NCBI RefSeq assembly: GCF_988242995.1 | Contig: NZ_OZ547043.1 | DNA length: 64,000 bases | Strand: one strand, 5' to 3' | Shown: in pieces, positions 29,735-39,045 of the stretch | How positions within the stretch are numbered: the first letter of the stretch is position 1 | How the letters are laid out: every line of letters starts with the position of its first letter | Made by a program: the position numbers and the translations under genes | The notes under the pieces: generated by a model | Database searches by the model: none | The model's input: the letters and a program-made list of their open reading frames with translations, nothing else | Told to the model about the DNA's origin: nothing

Positions 29735-29911
29735 ATGGCCGGATTAACTAAAGAGCAAAGAGCACAGCGTGAAGCCGCACAAAAAACGCAAATTGAGTTA
29801 GTGGTTATGGTGACCGATTATCAGATGTTTCCCGGCGCACCAACTATCGCTAATGTTCATCCTGATGAAGTTGACAACTGGAAGGCTATGGGCTGGAAAA
29901 CTCAGGAGTAA
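29735..29911 (+). CDS. Hypothetical small head-region protein (58 aa)
   Basis: Hand-found ORF MAGLTKEQRAQREAAQKTQIELVVMVTDYQMF... with GGAGGG SD; below ORF-track cutoff. Confidence 0.4.
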   Translation: MAGLTKEQRAQREAAQKTQIELVVMVTDYQMFPGAPTIANVHPDEVDNWKAMGWKTQE

Positions 29912-29914
29912 CAC

Positions 29915-30310
29915 ATGATCACTTACGTGACCTGTGATGACGTTGATAATGCGTTTGGGAACGCCTGGACGAGTGAGAACGCTAAAAATAAAGCTGTTTT
30001 AATGGCTAATGCCTGGCTTAATGGCTTCAACCTGAAAATTAACCCATCCCGTATTCCGGAAGAGGTAAAACTTGCGGGAGCATATGCAGCCAGAATTGCC
30101 TCATTCGGTAAGTTGTTTCAGCAGAAAAATGATTCTGGCGTTGTTATCAGTAAAGCCGTGTCGGCTGACGGGGTCAGTGTATCGAAATCATTTGCTGAGT
30201 TGCCAGCAAACAGCACTGTATTGCTTGAACCCGATTTACAGCTTGCGATAGCACTGCTGAAACCGTACGGACTTAGTCGCTCACAAGTCAGGGTTGTGAG
30301 GGGGGGATAA
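29915..30310 (+). CDS. Head-tail connector/adaptor protein (putative)
   Basis: 131-aa ORF in tightly packed head-to-tail gene series with overlapping stops and starts. Confidence 0.4.
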   Translation: MITYVTCDDVDNAFGNAWTSENAKNKAVLMANAWLNGFNLKINPSRIPEEVKLAGAYAARIASFGKLFQQKNDSGVVISKAVSADGVSVSKSFAELPANSTVLLEPDLQLAIALLKPYGLSRSQVRVVRGG

Positions 30311-30693
30311 TGGGGCTTCGTGAAGAGATTCAGTCAGAGGTTGCCGCTGCTTTTGATGAGGATTTAGCGGACGCCGTGAGTGATTTTTCTGGTTCTTACG
30401 TTACGCACCGGCACTGGGATCCTGTGACGGAAACTGGCGGCGAATCCACCGCAATCTATACCGGGCGAGGCGTGTTGACACGTTATAAGCTGGGCAGAAT
30501 TGATGGGATTAATATTTTGCATGGTGACCTTAAATTAACCGCTCTGGTATGCGAGGTTACGGATAAACCCGCTGTCGACCATATTATTGAGATTTATGAT
30601 CCTGTATTAAGGCAGTTACAACGATACGAGGTAATTACAGCGAGTGTAGATCCTTCCGCATCAGTTTACTCTATCCAGTTAAGGAGAGCGTAA
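30310..30693 (+). CDS. Head-tail joining protein (putative)
   Basis: 127-aa ORF, translationally coupled to neighbours. Confidence 0.4.
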   Translation: MGLREEIQSEVAAAFDEDLADAVSDFSGSYVTHRHWDPVTETGGESTAIYTGRGVLTRYKLGRIDGINILHGDLKLTALVCEVTDKPAVDHIIEIYDPVLRQLQRYEVITASVDPSASVYSIQLRRA

Positions 30694-31074
30694 ATGGCAA
30701 AGGCATGGGATATAGAACCGTCAATATTTGCCGGGATGATTGAGGAAGATGTGGGGCTGAAAATTCGCTACATCGCTATGCAGATTCTTACTGCTATTGA
30801 TATTGCTGCTCCGGTTGATACCGGACGTTTCAGAAATAACAACCTGGTGTCGTTACAGCATCCCGATTTTGGTATATCTGATAACGTGGATCCGAACGGT
30901 ACGATTGCGGTTCAGCGTGGGATCGGGGTTATTTCGAAAGCTGCAAATTACGGAGTTATTTATATCCAGAATAACCTTCCTTATGCAGAGGCTCTTGAAA
31001 ACGGTCATTCACAACAAGCGCCAACTGGCGTGTATGCCAACGCTTTTCATGGTGTTTTACAGGCTTACAAATGA
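30694..31074 (+). CDS. Head-tail joining/tail completion protein (putative)
   Basis: 126-aa ORF in head-tail series. Confidence 0.4.
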   Translation: MAKAWDIEPSIFAGMIEEDVGLKIRYIAMQILTAIDIAAPVDTGRFRNNNLVSLQHPDFGISDNVDPNGTIAVQRGIGVISKAANYGVIYIQNNLPYAEALENGHSQQAPTGVYANAFHGVLQAYK

Positions 31075-31463
31075 CGTTTACTGAAATCAGAAATACGGTT
31101 ATTTCCAGAATGACGGCACAGACGATTATTGATGGAAAAGACGTATTGTATCCGAACGCGCCAACGTTCGATCCTTCCGGTAAGTTAATCTGGGCGCGGT
31201 TAAGTAATATTCCCGGGCAGGCTGGAGTTAATGAAATTGGCGCGGGGCCGATTGTTTATCGCACGGGGATAATCATTATTCAGTTATTTGTCCCCGCAGG
31301 TTCTGGTTCAAAACTCATTACTGAGACAGCCGATAAATTGCGGGAACTGTTTGAGTTTCAGGATGACGATCGTCTCAGTTACCAGGCTGTTTCCTCAATA
31401 GCCGTTGGCGAAAAGAATGGCTGGTTCCAGCTTAATCTTCAAATTCCATATCGCGCGCTCTAG
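31071..31463 (+). CDS. Tail completion protein (putative)
   Basis: 130-aa ORF immediately upstream of major tail gene. Confidence 0.4.
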   Translation: MTFTEIRNTVISRMTAQTIIDGKDVLYPNAPTFDPSGKLIWARLSNIPGQAGVNEIGAGPIVYRTGIIIIQLFVPAGSGSKLITETADKLRELFEFQDDDRLSYQAVSSIAVGEKNGWFQLNLQIPYRAL

Positions 31464-31489
31464 CGCAATTAATGACATAGGAGGCTCCT

Positions 31490-32452
31490 GTGAGTTCAGG
31501 TGCAAAGGTTATCTCGGCATTTATCCGGGAGACGGTTGCAGGCACTACGCCAGCAAGTGGTGACTGGAGTTTATTAAAACGCACAAGCTGGGGAGTAAAA
31601 CCCACCCAGAATAAAGGCGAAAATAATGAGATTGGTGGCTCCCGGATGGCTCAGGGGGCGACGCCTGGCACTGTGGATGTCGGCGGTGATGTTGGTACCA
31701 AATTTCGCTGGGGTCAACATGATGATTTTCTTGCATCCTGTTTCGGCGCGGAATGGTCAGGCGATTCTCTGACAATGGGGAATGAGCGAATAACATTTTC
31801 TCTGGCGACCTATGCGTCCGATGTCGGAATTGCCTCTGTCGTCAGAGGAGCGCAGGTTGGCTCATGGAAAATGCAGATCCCTAACGACGGCGATATTACA
31901 GCGACCGTAACCTTTGCCGGACTGGACTGGGAATCAAAGGCCGATGATACGAATTTTATCAAAGGCGAACCTGTGGATAGTGCAGGAAAGCTACGTTATT
32001 CGTTTAAGGAGGTTTCAGCAGTAAGCCTGAATGGTGTTGCCGGAGGTAACGGTTTTTGTATCGACAGTTTTGATATTCAGTTCGATAACAAACTCCAGAC
32101 ACAGCGTTGTATCGGGACTGGCTCGCCTTATGCAGGAGCAAATATTCCGACTACTTTTACACCGTCCGGTACGGTGACGCTTTCATGGTCTAAAGCCGCG
32201 TGGGAAATCTGGAGTAAAACACTGACTGGAGAAACAGTTCCGTTCAGCTTCACGCTTTCGAATGGAGAGGGGGCATACACTTTCAGTTTCCCGAAGGTTC
32301 AGGTGTCAGGTGAATGGCCTGATGGGGGTAATAGCGACATTATCCAGGTTCAATTGAGCATTACCGCAGCAGATGAAGCACCTACGATAACCAGAAAAAA
32401 AAATTCCCCGGCTGCCGTGATCGCAAAAGCCAGTGCTGAGGCGATTAGTTGA
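31490..32452 (+). CDS. Major tail (tube) protein (putative)
   Basis: 320-aa ORF with strong SD; precedes tail assembly chaperone pair. Confidence 0.6.
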   Translation: MSSGAKVISAFIRETVAGTTPASGDWSLLKRTSWGVKPTQNKGENNEIGGSRMAQGATPGTVDVGGDVGTKFRWGQHDDFLASCFGAEWSGDSLTMGNERITFSLATYASDVGIASVVRGAQVGSWKMQIPNDGDITATVTFAGLDWESKADDTNFIKGEPVDSAGKLRYSFKEVSAVSLNGVAGGNGFCIDSFDIQFDNKLQTQRCIGTGSPYAGANIPTTFTPSGTVTLSWSKAAWEIWSKTLTGETVPFSFTLSNGEGAYTFSFPKVQVSGEWPDGGNSDIIQVQLSITAADEAPTITRKKNSPAAVIAKASAEAIS

Positions 32453-32500
32453 TTTTCCGTTATTCCTCCTGTGGTACTGCCCTACAGGGGGACGCATTGA

Positions 32501-32962
32501 ATGAGGTTATGGATGTTTATTCTTAATCAGAAAATTATCATTGGTGGAGAACGCTGGTTTACGCCAATGAAGGACTTAAAACCTGTAGACGGGTTAAAAC
32601 TGTTGGTGGTAAGCAGCGATAACGATCAGTATCGCTCCCGTAATGCATTAATCCGTCGCCACATTGAGAAAATGGATGCCAGTTTGCACGTCGGAACGAA
32701 GGAGTTTGATATTTCAAAGGTTTCCGAGGTGGATTCTGTTGATGATTTACTCATTGATAATGCCGCTCGTTATCTGCTGAAAGACTGGAAAGGGGTTGGT
32801 GAACTGGTTAATGGTGTTGAGGTTGCACTGGAATATACGGCAGAACGAGGGATCGCGCTGCTTAAGCAGAATCCAGAGTTGTACTGGCAGATCCTTGCAG
32901 AAGCAGCCAGCATCGCCCAGGGTAAAGAGCAGCAGAAGCAGGATACGATAAAAAAGCCATAG
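32501..32962 (+). CDS. Tail assembly chaperone (lambda G analogue)
   Basis: ORF upstream of tape measure gene ending with slippery A_AAA_AAG; true start may be ATG at 32567 (MKDLKPV). Confidence 0.65.
   Translation: MRLWMFILNQKIIIGGERWFTPMKDLKPVDGLKLLVVSSDNDQYRSRNALIRRHIEKMDASLHVGTKEFDISKVSEVDSVDDLLIDNAARYLLKDWKGVGELVNGVEVALEYTAERGIALLKQNPELYWQILAEAASIAQGKEQQKQDTIKKP
32950..32956 (+). other. Programmed -1 ribosomal frameshift slippery heptamer A_AAA_AAG
   Basis: In chaperone frame the codons are ATA AAA AAG CCA TAG; -1 frame is open from here to 33270. Confidence 0.7.
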
Positions 32963-33270
32963 CTGCCCAGCGGTGGTTATCGGAGTTCGGGGGAGAAAGG
33001 GGGGAAAAGGCAAGATGGAAGCGAGAAAAACTCAGGTTGCCACCGATACCGGAACCAGAAATAGACCCGGTGCTTAAGGAGTTGTTGTACGCCTATTCGG
33101 TAATATCCCGTGCCCGACGTTATGCTGGAATGGCTGGGGTGCCTTTGCCTTTATCTCTGACAGAGATAAATGAATATTTAGCCACTCATCCGGTATTGAT
33201 TGAGCGCGATGAATTTGAAGCAGTGATCTTTGCACTGGATGACCAGTATTTTCAGGAGCAGTGTGTGTAG
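32950..33270 (+). CDS. C-terminal extension of tail assembly chaperone fusion (lambda GT analogue), made by -1 frameshift
   Basis: -1 frame relative to chaperone ORF, open through the slippery site; ORF track reports 33037..33270. Confidence 0.6.
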   Translation, partial: KKAIAAQRWLSEFGGERGEKARWKREKLRLPPIPEPEIDPVLKELLYAYSVISRARRYAGMAGVPLPLSLTEINEYLATHPVLIERDEFEAVIFALDDQYFQEQCV

Positions 33271-33435
33271 TTGTTAATTACGTACACTCTGTTACAGAGA
33301 TGTGATTGTGTCTTTAATTAAATCGATGATGCTCCTGGAGAAAAGCATTGCGTGGCCTCGTAATCGCTATATCTACTATTATGTCGCCTGAAACCCACTT
33401 CGCGGTGGGTTTTTTGTTGTCAGGAGTTTTAATAA

Positions 33436-36400
33436 ATGGCAGAGCAAACCTCGCGTCTCGCAATAATTATTGATAGCACTGGAGCGAAAAATAATGCTGA
33501 CAATCTGACCTCCTCATTAGTCAAAATGACGCAGGCTGGGGAAACTGCTGCAAATAGCGCAGGGAAAGTGACTAAGGCAACAGAAGATGAGAAGAACGCG
33601 CTCGCAAAATTAAAAGCAGCTATTGATCCAGTTGGTGCCGCAATTGATACTGTCGGTCGACGCTATTCTGAATTAAAGAAATTTTTCGATAAAGGGCTTA
33701 TTGATAAAGAAGAATATGAATTTCTTGTCCGTAAACTTAATGAAACCACAGAGGAATTGAGCGGGGTTGCGCAAGCGCAGAGAGAAGCCGAGAAGGCCGG
33801 AAAACTTGCTGCCGCCCAGCAGGAAGCGCAGGCTCAGGCCTTTCAAAGAATGCTGGACAAGATCGACCCTCTGGCTGCGGCGCTAAGAAATCTTGAACAA
33901 CAGCATGATGAACTTAATGCTGCGTTTGCATCCGGGAAAATAAATGGTTCTCAGTTTGAGAATTATAGCCGAAAAATACAGGAAACACGGCGAGAGCTTA
34001 CCGGAGAGGCTCAGGCAGAGCGAGAAGCAGCAAAAGCGCATGATGAACAGGTTGTTGCTTTGCAACGTCTGATTGCTCAACTTGATCCTGTCGGAACTGC
34101 TTTTAATCGTCTGGTAGAACAACAGAAACAGCTCAATGAAGCAAAAGCTAAGGGGATGCTTTCTCCTGAAATGTATGAGGAGCTTTCTGGAAAACTTCGT
34201 GCTATGCGGAGTGAGCTTGAGGTTACTCAATCACAATTAAGCAAAACCGGAATGTCGGCAAAACAAACGGCTTTTGCTATGCGCATGTTGCCTGCACAAA
34301 TGACGGATATTGTTGTTGGGTTGTCCACTGGTCAGTCGCCATTTATGGTGTTAATGCAGCAGGGCGGCCAGCTAAAAGATATGTTCGGTGGGATTGGCCC
34401 GGCGATCAAAGGTGTAGGTTCTTATGTGCTGGGATTAATTAATCCTTTTACCCTGGCCGCAGCAGCCGTTGGGGTCTTAGGACTGGCTTACTATAAAGGC
34501 TCTCAGGAGCAGGACGAATTTAATAAATCTCTTATTCTTACCGGAAATCAGTTGGGGACAACCAGCGGGCAATTGGGCGATATAGCTCAACGTGCCGGGA
34601 ATGCGGCTGATTCGACAACTGGTGCTGCGGCGGCAGTATTAAATCAGCTTGTGCGTTCGGGAAAGGTAGCGAGCAGTTCGCTGGAGCAAGTGACGACAGC
34701 GATAGTAAAAACGAGCGAAGTAACAGGAATATCAACCGAACAACTGGTTAATGACTTCAATGAAATTGCAAAGGATCCTGTCAGTGCCATATCAAAACTT
34801 AATGATCAGTACCATTTTCTGACACTTGCGACTTATAACCAGATTAAGGCGCTACAGGATGAAGGGAACCAGCAGGAGGCCGCCCGCATTGCGACAGAAG
34901 AATACTCATCCTCAATGATCCAGCGCACCAACCAGATTAAAGAAAATCTTGGTTATCTTGAGACTGCATGGAAAGCTGTCGCAGACTCCGCAAAATGGGC
35001 ATGGGATTCCATGCTGGATATTGGCCGTGAGGCCTCCCTTGATCAAAAAATCTCAGATGTTCTCCGTCAAATTGATGAAATAGAAAAAAATACCCGACCC
35101 GGAGTTTTCGGGTTAGGTGGCATTGGAGATGGCGGAGCTCAAAATAAAAGGCTGGCACGATTAAAGCAGCAATTGGGCGTACTTCAAGCAGAAAAAATTG
35201 CTCAGGACGTACTAAATTCATCAATAAACGATTACAACAAGCGACAACAGGAAGGAATTGAACTCAGACAGAGAGCAGATGCCTTTTCAAAACAATATCA
35301 GACCCGGGAGCAGCAGAGAGCTAGTGAACTTGCAAAACTGGAAAAGCTAAAGAATCAGTATTCAAAGGAAGAATATAATAATCTTATCGCTCAAATAAAT
35401 GAGCGTTATAAAGATCCAAAGCAACCAAAGGCGAAAGGTTATTCTGATGATGCAGCCCAACGAATGATTGATCATCTGAATCAACAGAATGCGTTACTAA
35501 GTTCACAAGCTGAGTTGACCGTTAAATTAAGTTCCTCTGAACAGGAACTGGTTAAGTGGCGTCAGCGGATTGCCGACCTAGAGTCACGACCATCATCGAA
35601 ATTAACCCAGGATCAGAAATCGCTTCTCTTACACCGGGAAGAAATAACCGCGTTGATGGAGAAAAATGTTGCGATTGAAAAGAATAACAGGCTAATCAAG
35701 GAATCCGCCGAAATAACAGCATGGCGTGATTCATTGCAGGCTTCGATTGATAATCGTCAGCAGGGGTATGATATTCAGATTGCTGGTTATGGGGTTGGCG
35801 ATAAAAATCAGCAACGCCAGCAGGAATTACTGCGGATTGAACATGGATATAACAATCAGCGTCTGCAACTTGAACGTGACTATGCAGATAAATCCCGTGG
35901 AATGTCAGATCATGTTTTTCAAGAGAAAATGCAGGCTCTGAATGATGCTCTGGAACGGGAAAAAGAAATTGTCAGACAGAAAAACGAGCAGCTCGATATT
36001 CAGGCAGGAGACTGGGTTAGTGGTGCCTCCCAGGGATTCAATAACTGGCTGGATGACACTAAGGATATCAGTGAGCAGATAAAATCAACCACGACTCAGA
36101 TGTTTGATGGGATGACCGATGCGCTGGGTGATTTTGTCACGACAGGCAAGGCAAATTTTCGTTCTTTCGCTACTTCCGTGATTTCGGATCTTAGTCGAAT
36201 AGCATTAAAGGCTTCAATTACTGGGATTTTCGACAGCATTAGTAACAGTTCTTCTGGGGGGATTTTAGGAACTATCGGGAGTGCTATTAGTAAATTTATT
36301 CCGAATGCAAAGGGCGGTGTTTATGAGTCTCCGTCATTGAGCACGTATTCGAACGGTATTTATGATTCCCCGCAATTTTTTGCTTTTGCAAAAGGGGCTG

Positions 36401-36669
36401 GTGTTTTTGGTGAGGCTGGACCGGAAGCCATTATGCCATTAACACGAACTTCCGATGGTTCTCTTGGTGTCAGAGCTATTAATAGTAAAAGTGGTAATGG
36501 AGGCGGAGATATTACCTATGCCCCTGTATACCAAATCACTATTCAAAATGACGGCCAGAATGGAGAGATTGGCCCTCAGGCAATAAAAGCACTTATGGGG
36601 ATGGTTGATCAGCGGGTGCAGGGCACTCTGTTAAATATGCGACGTGATGGGGGAATGTTAAGTGGCTAA
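33436..36669 (+). CDS. Tail tape measure protein
   Basis: 1077-aa coiled-coil-rich ORF between chaperones and lambda-like M/L/K/I/J. Confidence 0.9.
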
Positions 36670-37000
36670 TACGGAAGAATTTCACTGGTTACCAGAGGAT
36701 GGAATGAAAACAGAAAATAAACCATCGATAAAAACTGTAAGATTTGGCGATGGTTATGAGCAACGAAGTCCAAATGGACTTAATCATTCTCTGCGCGTTT
36801 TCACCTGTGATTTCAAAGTTGAGGCGAATGAACGTGATTCATTTGAAAAATTTTTAGCCCGGCATGAAGGCTATAAATCTTTTTTTTGGCGCCCGCCGGG
36901 TATTAACAGAAAAATCAGAGTGGTGTGTCGAACGTGGTCAGCGACAGAACATATCACCTATACCGATTTTTCGTGTCAGTTTGACGAAGTGGTGATCTGA
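36662..37000 (+). CDS. M: Minor tail protein M
   Basis: [16 protein letters not shown]...SFFWRPPG... homologous to lambda M. Confidence 0.85.
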
Positions 37001-37698
37001 TGCAGGACATACAACAGGAAACACTGAATGAATGCATTCGGGCGGAGCAGTCGGCCAGCGTGGTGCTCTGGGAAATCGACCTGACAGAGGTTGGCGGGGA
37101 TCGCTACTTTTTCTGCAATGAGCAGAATGAAAAAGGTGAGTCTGTCACCTGGCAGAGTCGGCAGTATCAGGCCTATCCCATTCAGGGGAGTGGATTTGAG
37201 ATGAACGGCAAAGGTGCCAGTGCAAGGCCAACACTGAAAGTATCTAACCTGCACGGCATGGTCACCGGGATGGTGGAGGATTTACAGAGTCTGGTCGGCG
37301 GAACAGTCGTCCGGCGTAAGGTCTACGCCCGTTTTCTGGATGCGGTGAACTTCGTCAACGGAAACAGAGACGCCGATCCGGAGCAGGAGGTGATCAGCCG
37401 CTGGCGCATTGAGCAGTGCAGCGAACTGAGCGCGGTGAGTGCCTCTTTTGTACTGTCCACGCCGACGGAAACGGACGGCGCTGTTTTTCCGGGACGTATC
37501 ATGCTGGCCAACACCTGCACCTGGACCTATCGCGGCGATGAGTGCGGTTATCACGGTCCGGCGGTCGCGGATGAATATGACCAGCCAACGTCCGATATCA
37601 CGAAGGATAAATGCAGCAAATGCCTGAGCGGTTGTAAGTTCCGCAATAACGTCGGCAACTTTGGCGGCTTCCTTTCCATTAACAAACTTTCGCAGTAA
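37000..37698 (+). CDS. L: Minor tail protein L
   Basis: [47 protein letters not shown]... near-identical to lambda L. Confidence 0.95.
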   Translation: MQDIQQETLNECIRAEQSASVVLWEIDLTEVGGDRYFFCNEQNEKGESVTWQSRQYQAYPIQGSGFEMNGKGASARPTLKVSNLHGMVTGMVEDLQSLVGGTVVRRKVYARFLDAVNFVNGNRDADPEQEVISRWRIEQCSELSAVSASFVLSTPTETDGAVFPGRIMLANTCTWTYRGDECGYHGPAVADEYDQPTSDITKDKCSKCLSGCKFRNNVGNFGGFLSINKLSQ

Positions 37699-37702
37699 TC
37701 CC

Positions 37703-38446
37703 ATGACAGAGACAGAATCAGCGATTCTGGCGCACGCCCGGCGATGTGCGCCAGCGGAGTCGTGCGGCTTCGTGGTAAGCACGCCGGAGGGGGAAAGATA
37801 TTTCCCCTGCGTGAATATCTCCGGTGAGCCGGAGGCGTATTTCCGTATGTCGCCGGAAGACTGGCTGCAGGCAGAAATGCAGGGTGAGATTGTGGCGCTG
37901 GTCCACAGCCACCCCGGTGGTCTGCCCTGGCTGAGTGAGGCCGACCGGCGGCTGCAGGTGCAGAGTGATTTGCCGTGGTGGCTGGTCTGCCGGGGGGCGA
38001 TTCATAAGTTCCGCTGTGTGCCGCATCTCACCGGGCGGCGCTTTGAGCACGGGGTGACGGACTGTTACACGCTGTTCCGGGATGCTTATCATCTGGCGGG
38101 GATTGAGATGCCGGATTTTCATCGCGAGGATGACTGGTGGCGTCACGGTCAGAATCTCTATCTGGATAATCTGGAGGCCACAGGGCTGTATCAGGTGCCG
38201 TTGTCATCAGCACAACCGGGCGATGTGCTGCTGTGCTGTTTTGGTTCATCGGTGCCGAATCATGCCGCCATTTACTGTGGTGATGGCGAGCTGCTGCACC
38301 ATATTCCTGAACAACTGAGCAAACGAGAGAGGTATACCGACAAATGGCAGCGACGCACACACTCCCTCTGGCGTCACCGGGCATGGCGCGCATCTGCCTT
38401 TACGGGGATTTACAACGATTTGGTCGCCGCATCGACCTTCGTGTGA
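37703..38446 (+). CDS. K: Tail assembly protein K (JAB/MPN plus NlpC/P60-like)
   Basis: ILAHARRCAPAESCGFVVSTPEGERYFPCVNISGEPEAYF...HSHPGG matches lambda K; start taken at MTETES. Confidence 0.9.
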   Translation: MTETESAILAHARRCAPAESCGFVVSTPEGERYFPCVNISGEPEAYFRMSPEDWLQAEMQGEIVALVHSHPGGLPWLSEADRRLQVQSDLPWWLVCRGAIHKFRCVPHLTGRRFEHGVTDCYTLFRDAYHLAGIEMPDFHREDDWWRHGQNLYLDNLEATGLYQVPLSSAQPGDVLLCCFGSSVPNHAAIYCGDGELLHHIPEQLSKRERYTDKWQRRTHSLWRHRAWRASAFTGIYNDLVAASTFV

Positions 38447-38985
38447 AAACGGGGGCTGAAGCCATCCGGGCGCTGGCCACACAGCTCCCGGCGTTTCGTC
38501 AGAAACTGAGCGACGGCTGGTATCAGGTACGGATTGCCGGGCGTGATACAGGTGAAACGGAATTATCAGCCCGTCTTAATGAACCGCTGGCAAATGGTGC
38601 TGTGATCCATATCGTGCCGCGTCTGGCAGGAGCCAAAAGTGGCGGTGTGTTTCAGGCTGTGCTGGGGGCGGCTGTTATGGCGGTTGCTATATGGATGCCG
38701 GGGGTAGGAATTATGGCGAGTAATCTGCTGTTTTCTCTCGGTGCCAGTATGACGCTTGGCGGTGTTGCACAGATGCTGGCCCCTAAACCCAAAACCCCCC
38801 GCACACAGACAACGGATAACGGCAAACAGAACACCTATTTTTCTTCACTGGATAATATGGTTGCCCAGGGCAATGTTCTGCCCGTTCTGTACGGTGAAAT
38901 GCGCGTGGGATCACGTGTGGTATCTCAGGAGATCAGCACAGCAGATGAAGGTGATGGTGGTCAGGTTGTGGTGATTGGTCGCTGA
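38344..38985 (+). CDS. I: Tail assembly protein I
   Basis: MAATHTLPLASPGMARICLYGDLQRFGRRIDLRVKTG... matches lambda I. Confidence 0.9.
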   Translation: MAATHTLPLASPGMARICLYGDLQRFGRRIDLRVKTGAEAIRALATQLPAFRQKLSDGWYQVRIAGRDTGETELSARLNEPLANGAVIHIVPRLAGAKSGGVFQAVLGAAVMAVAIWMPGVGIMASNLLFSLGASMTLGGVAQMLAPKPKTPRTQTTDNGKQNTYFSSLDNMVAQGNVLPVLYGEMRVGSRVVSQEISTADEGDGGQVVVIGR

Positions 38986-39045
38986 TGAAAAACGTTTTAT
39001 GTGAAACCGCCTCCGGGCGGTTTTATCGTTTATGGAGCATGACGA

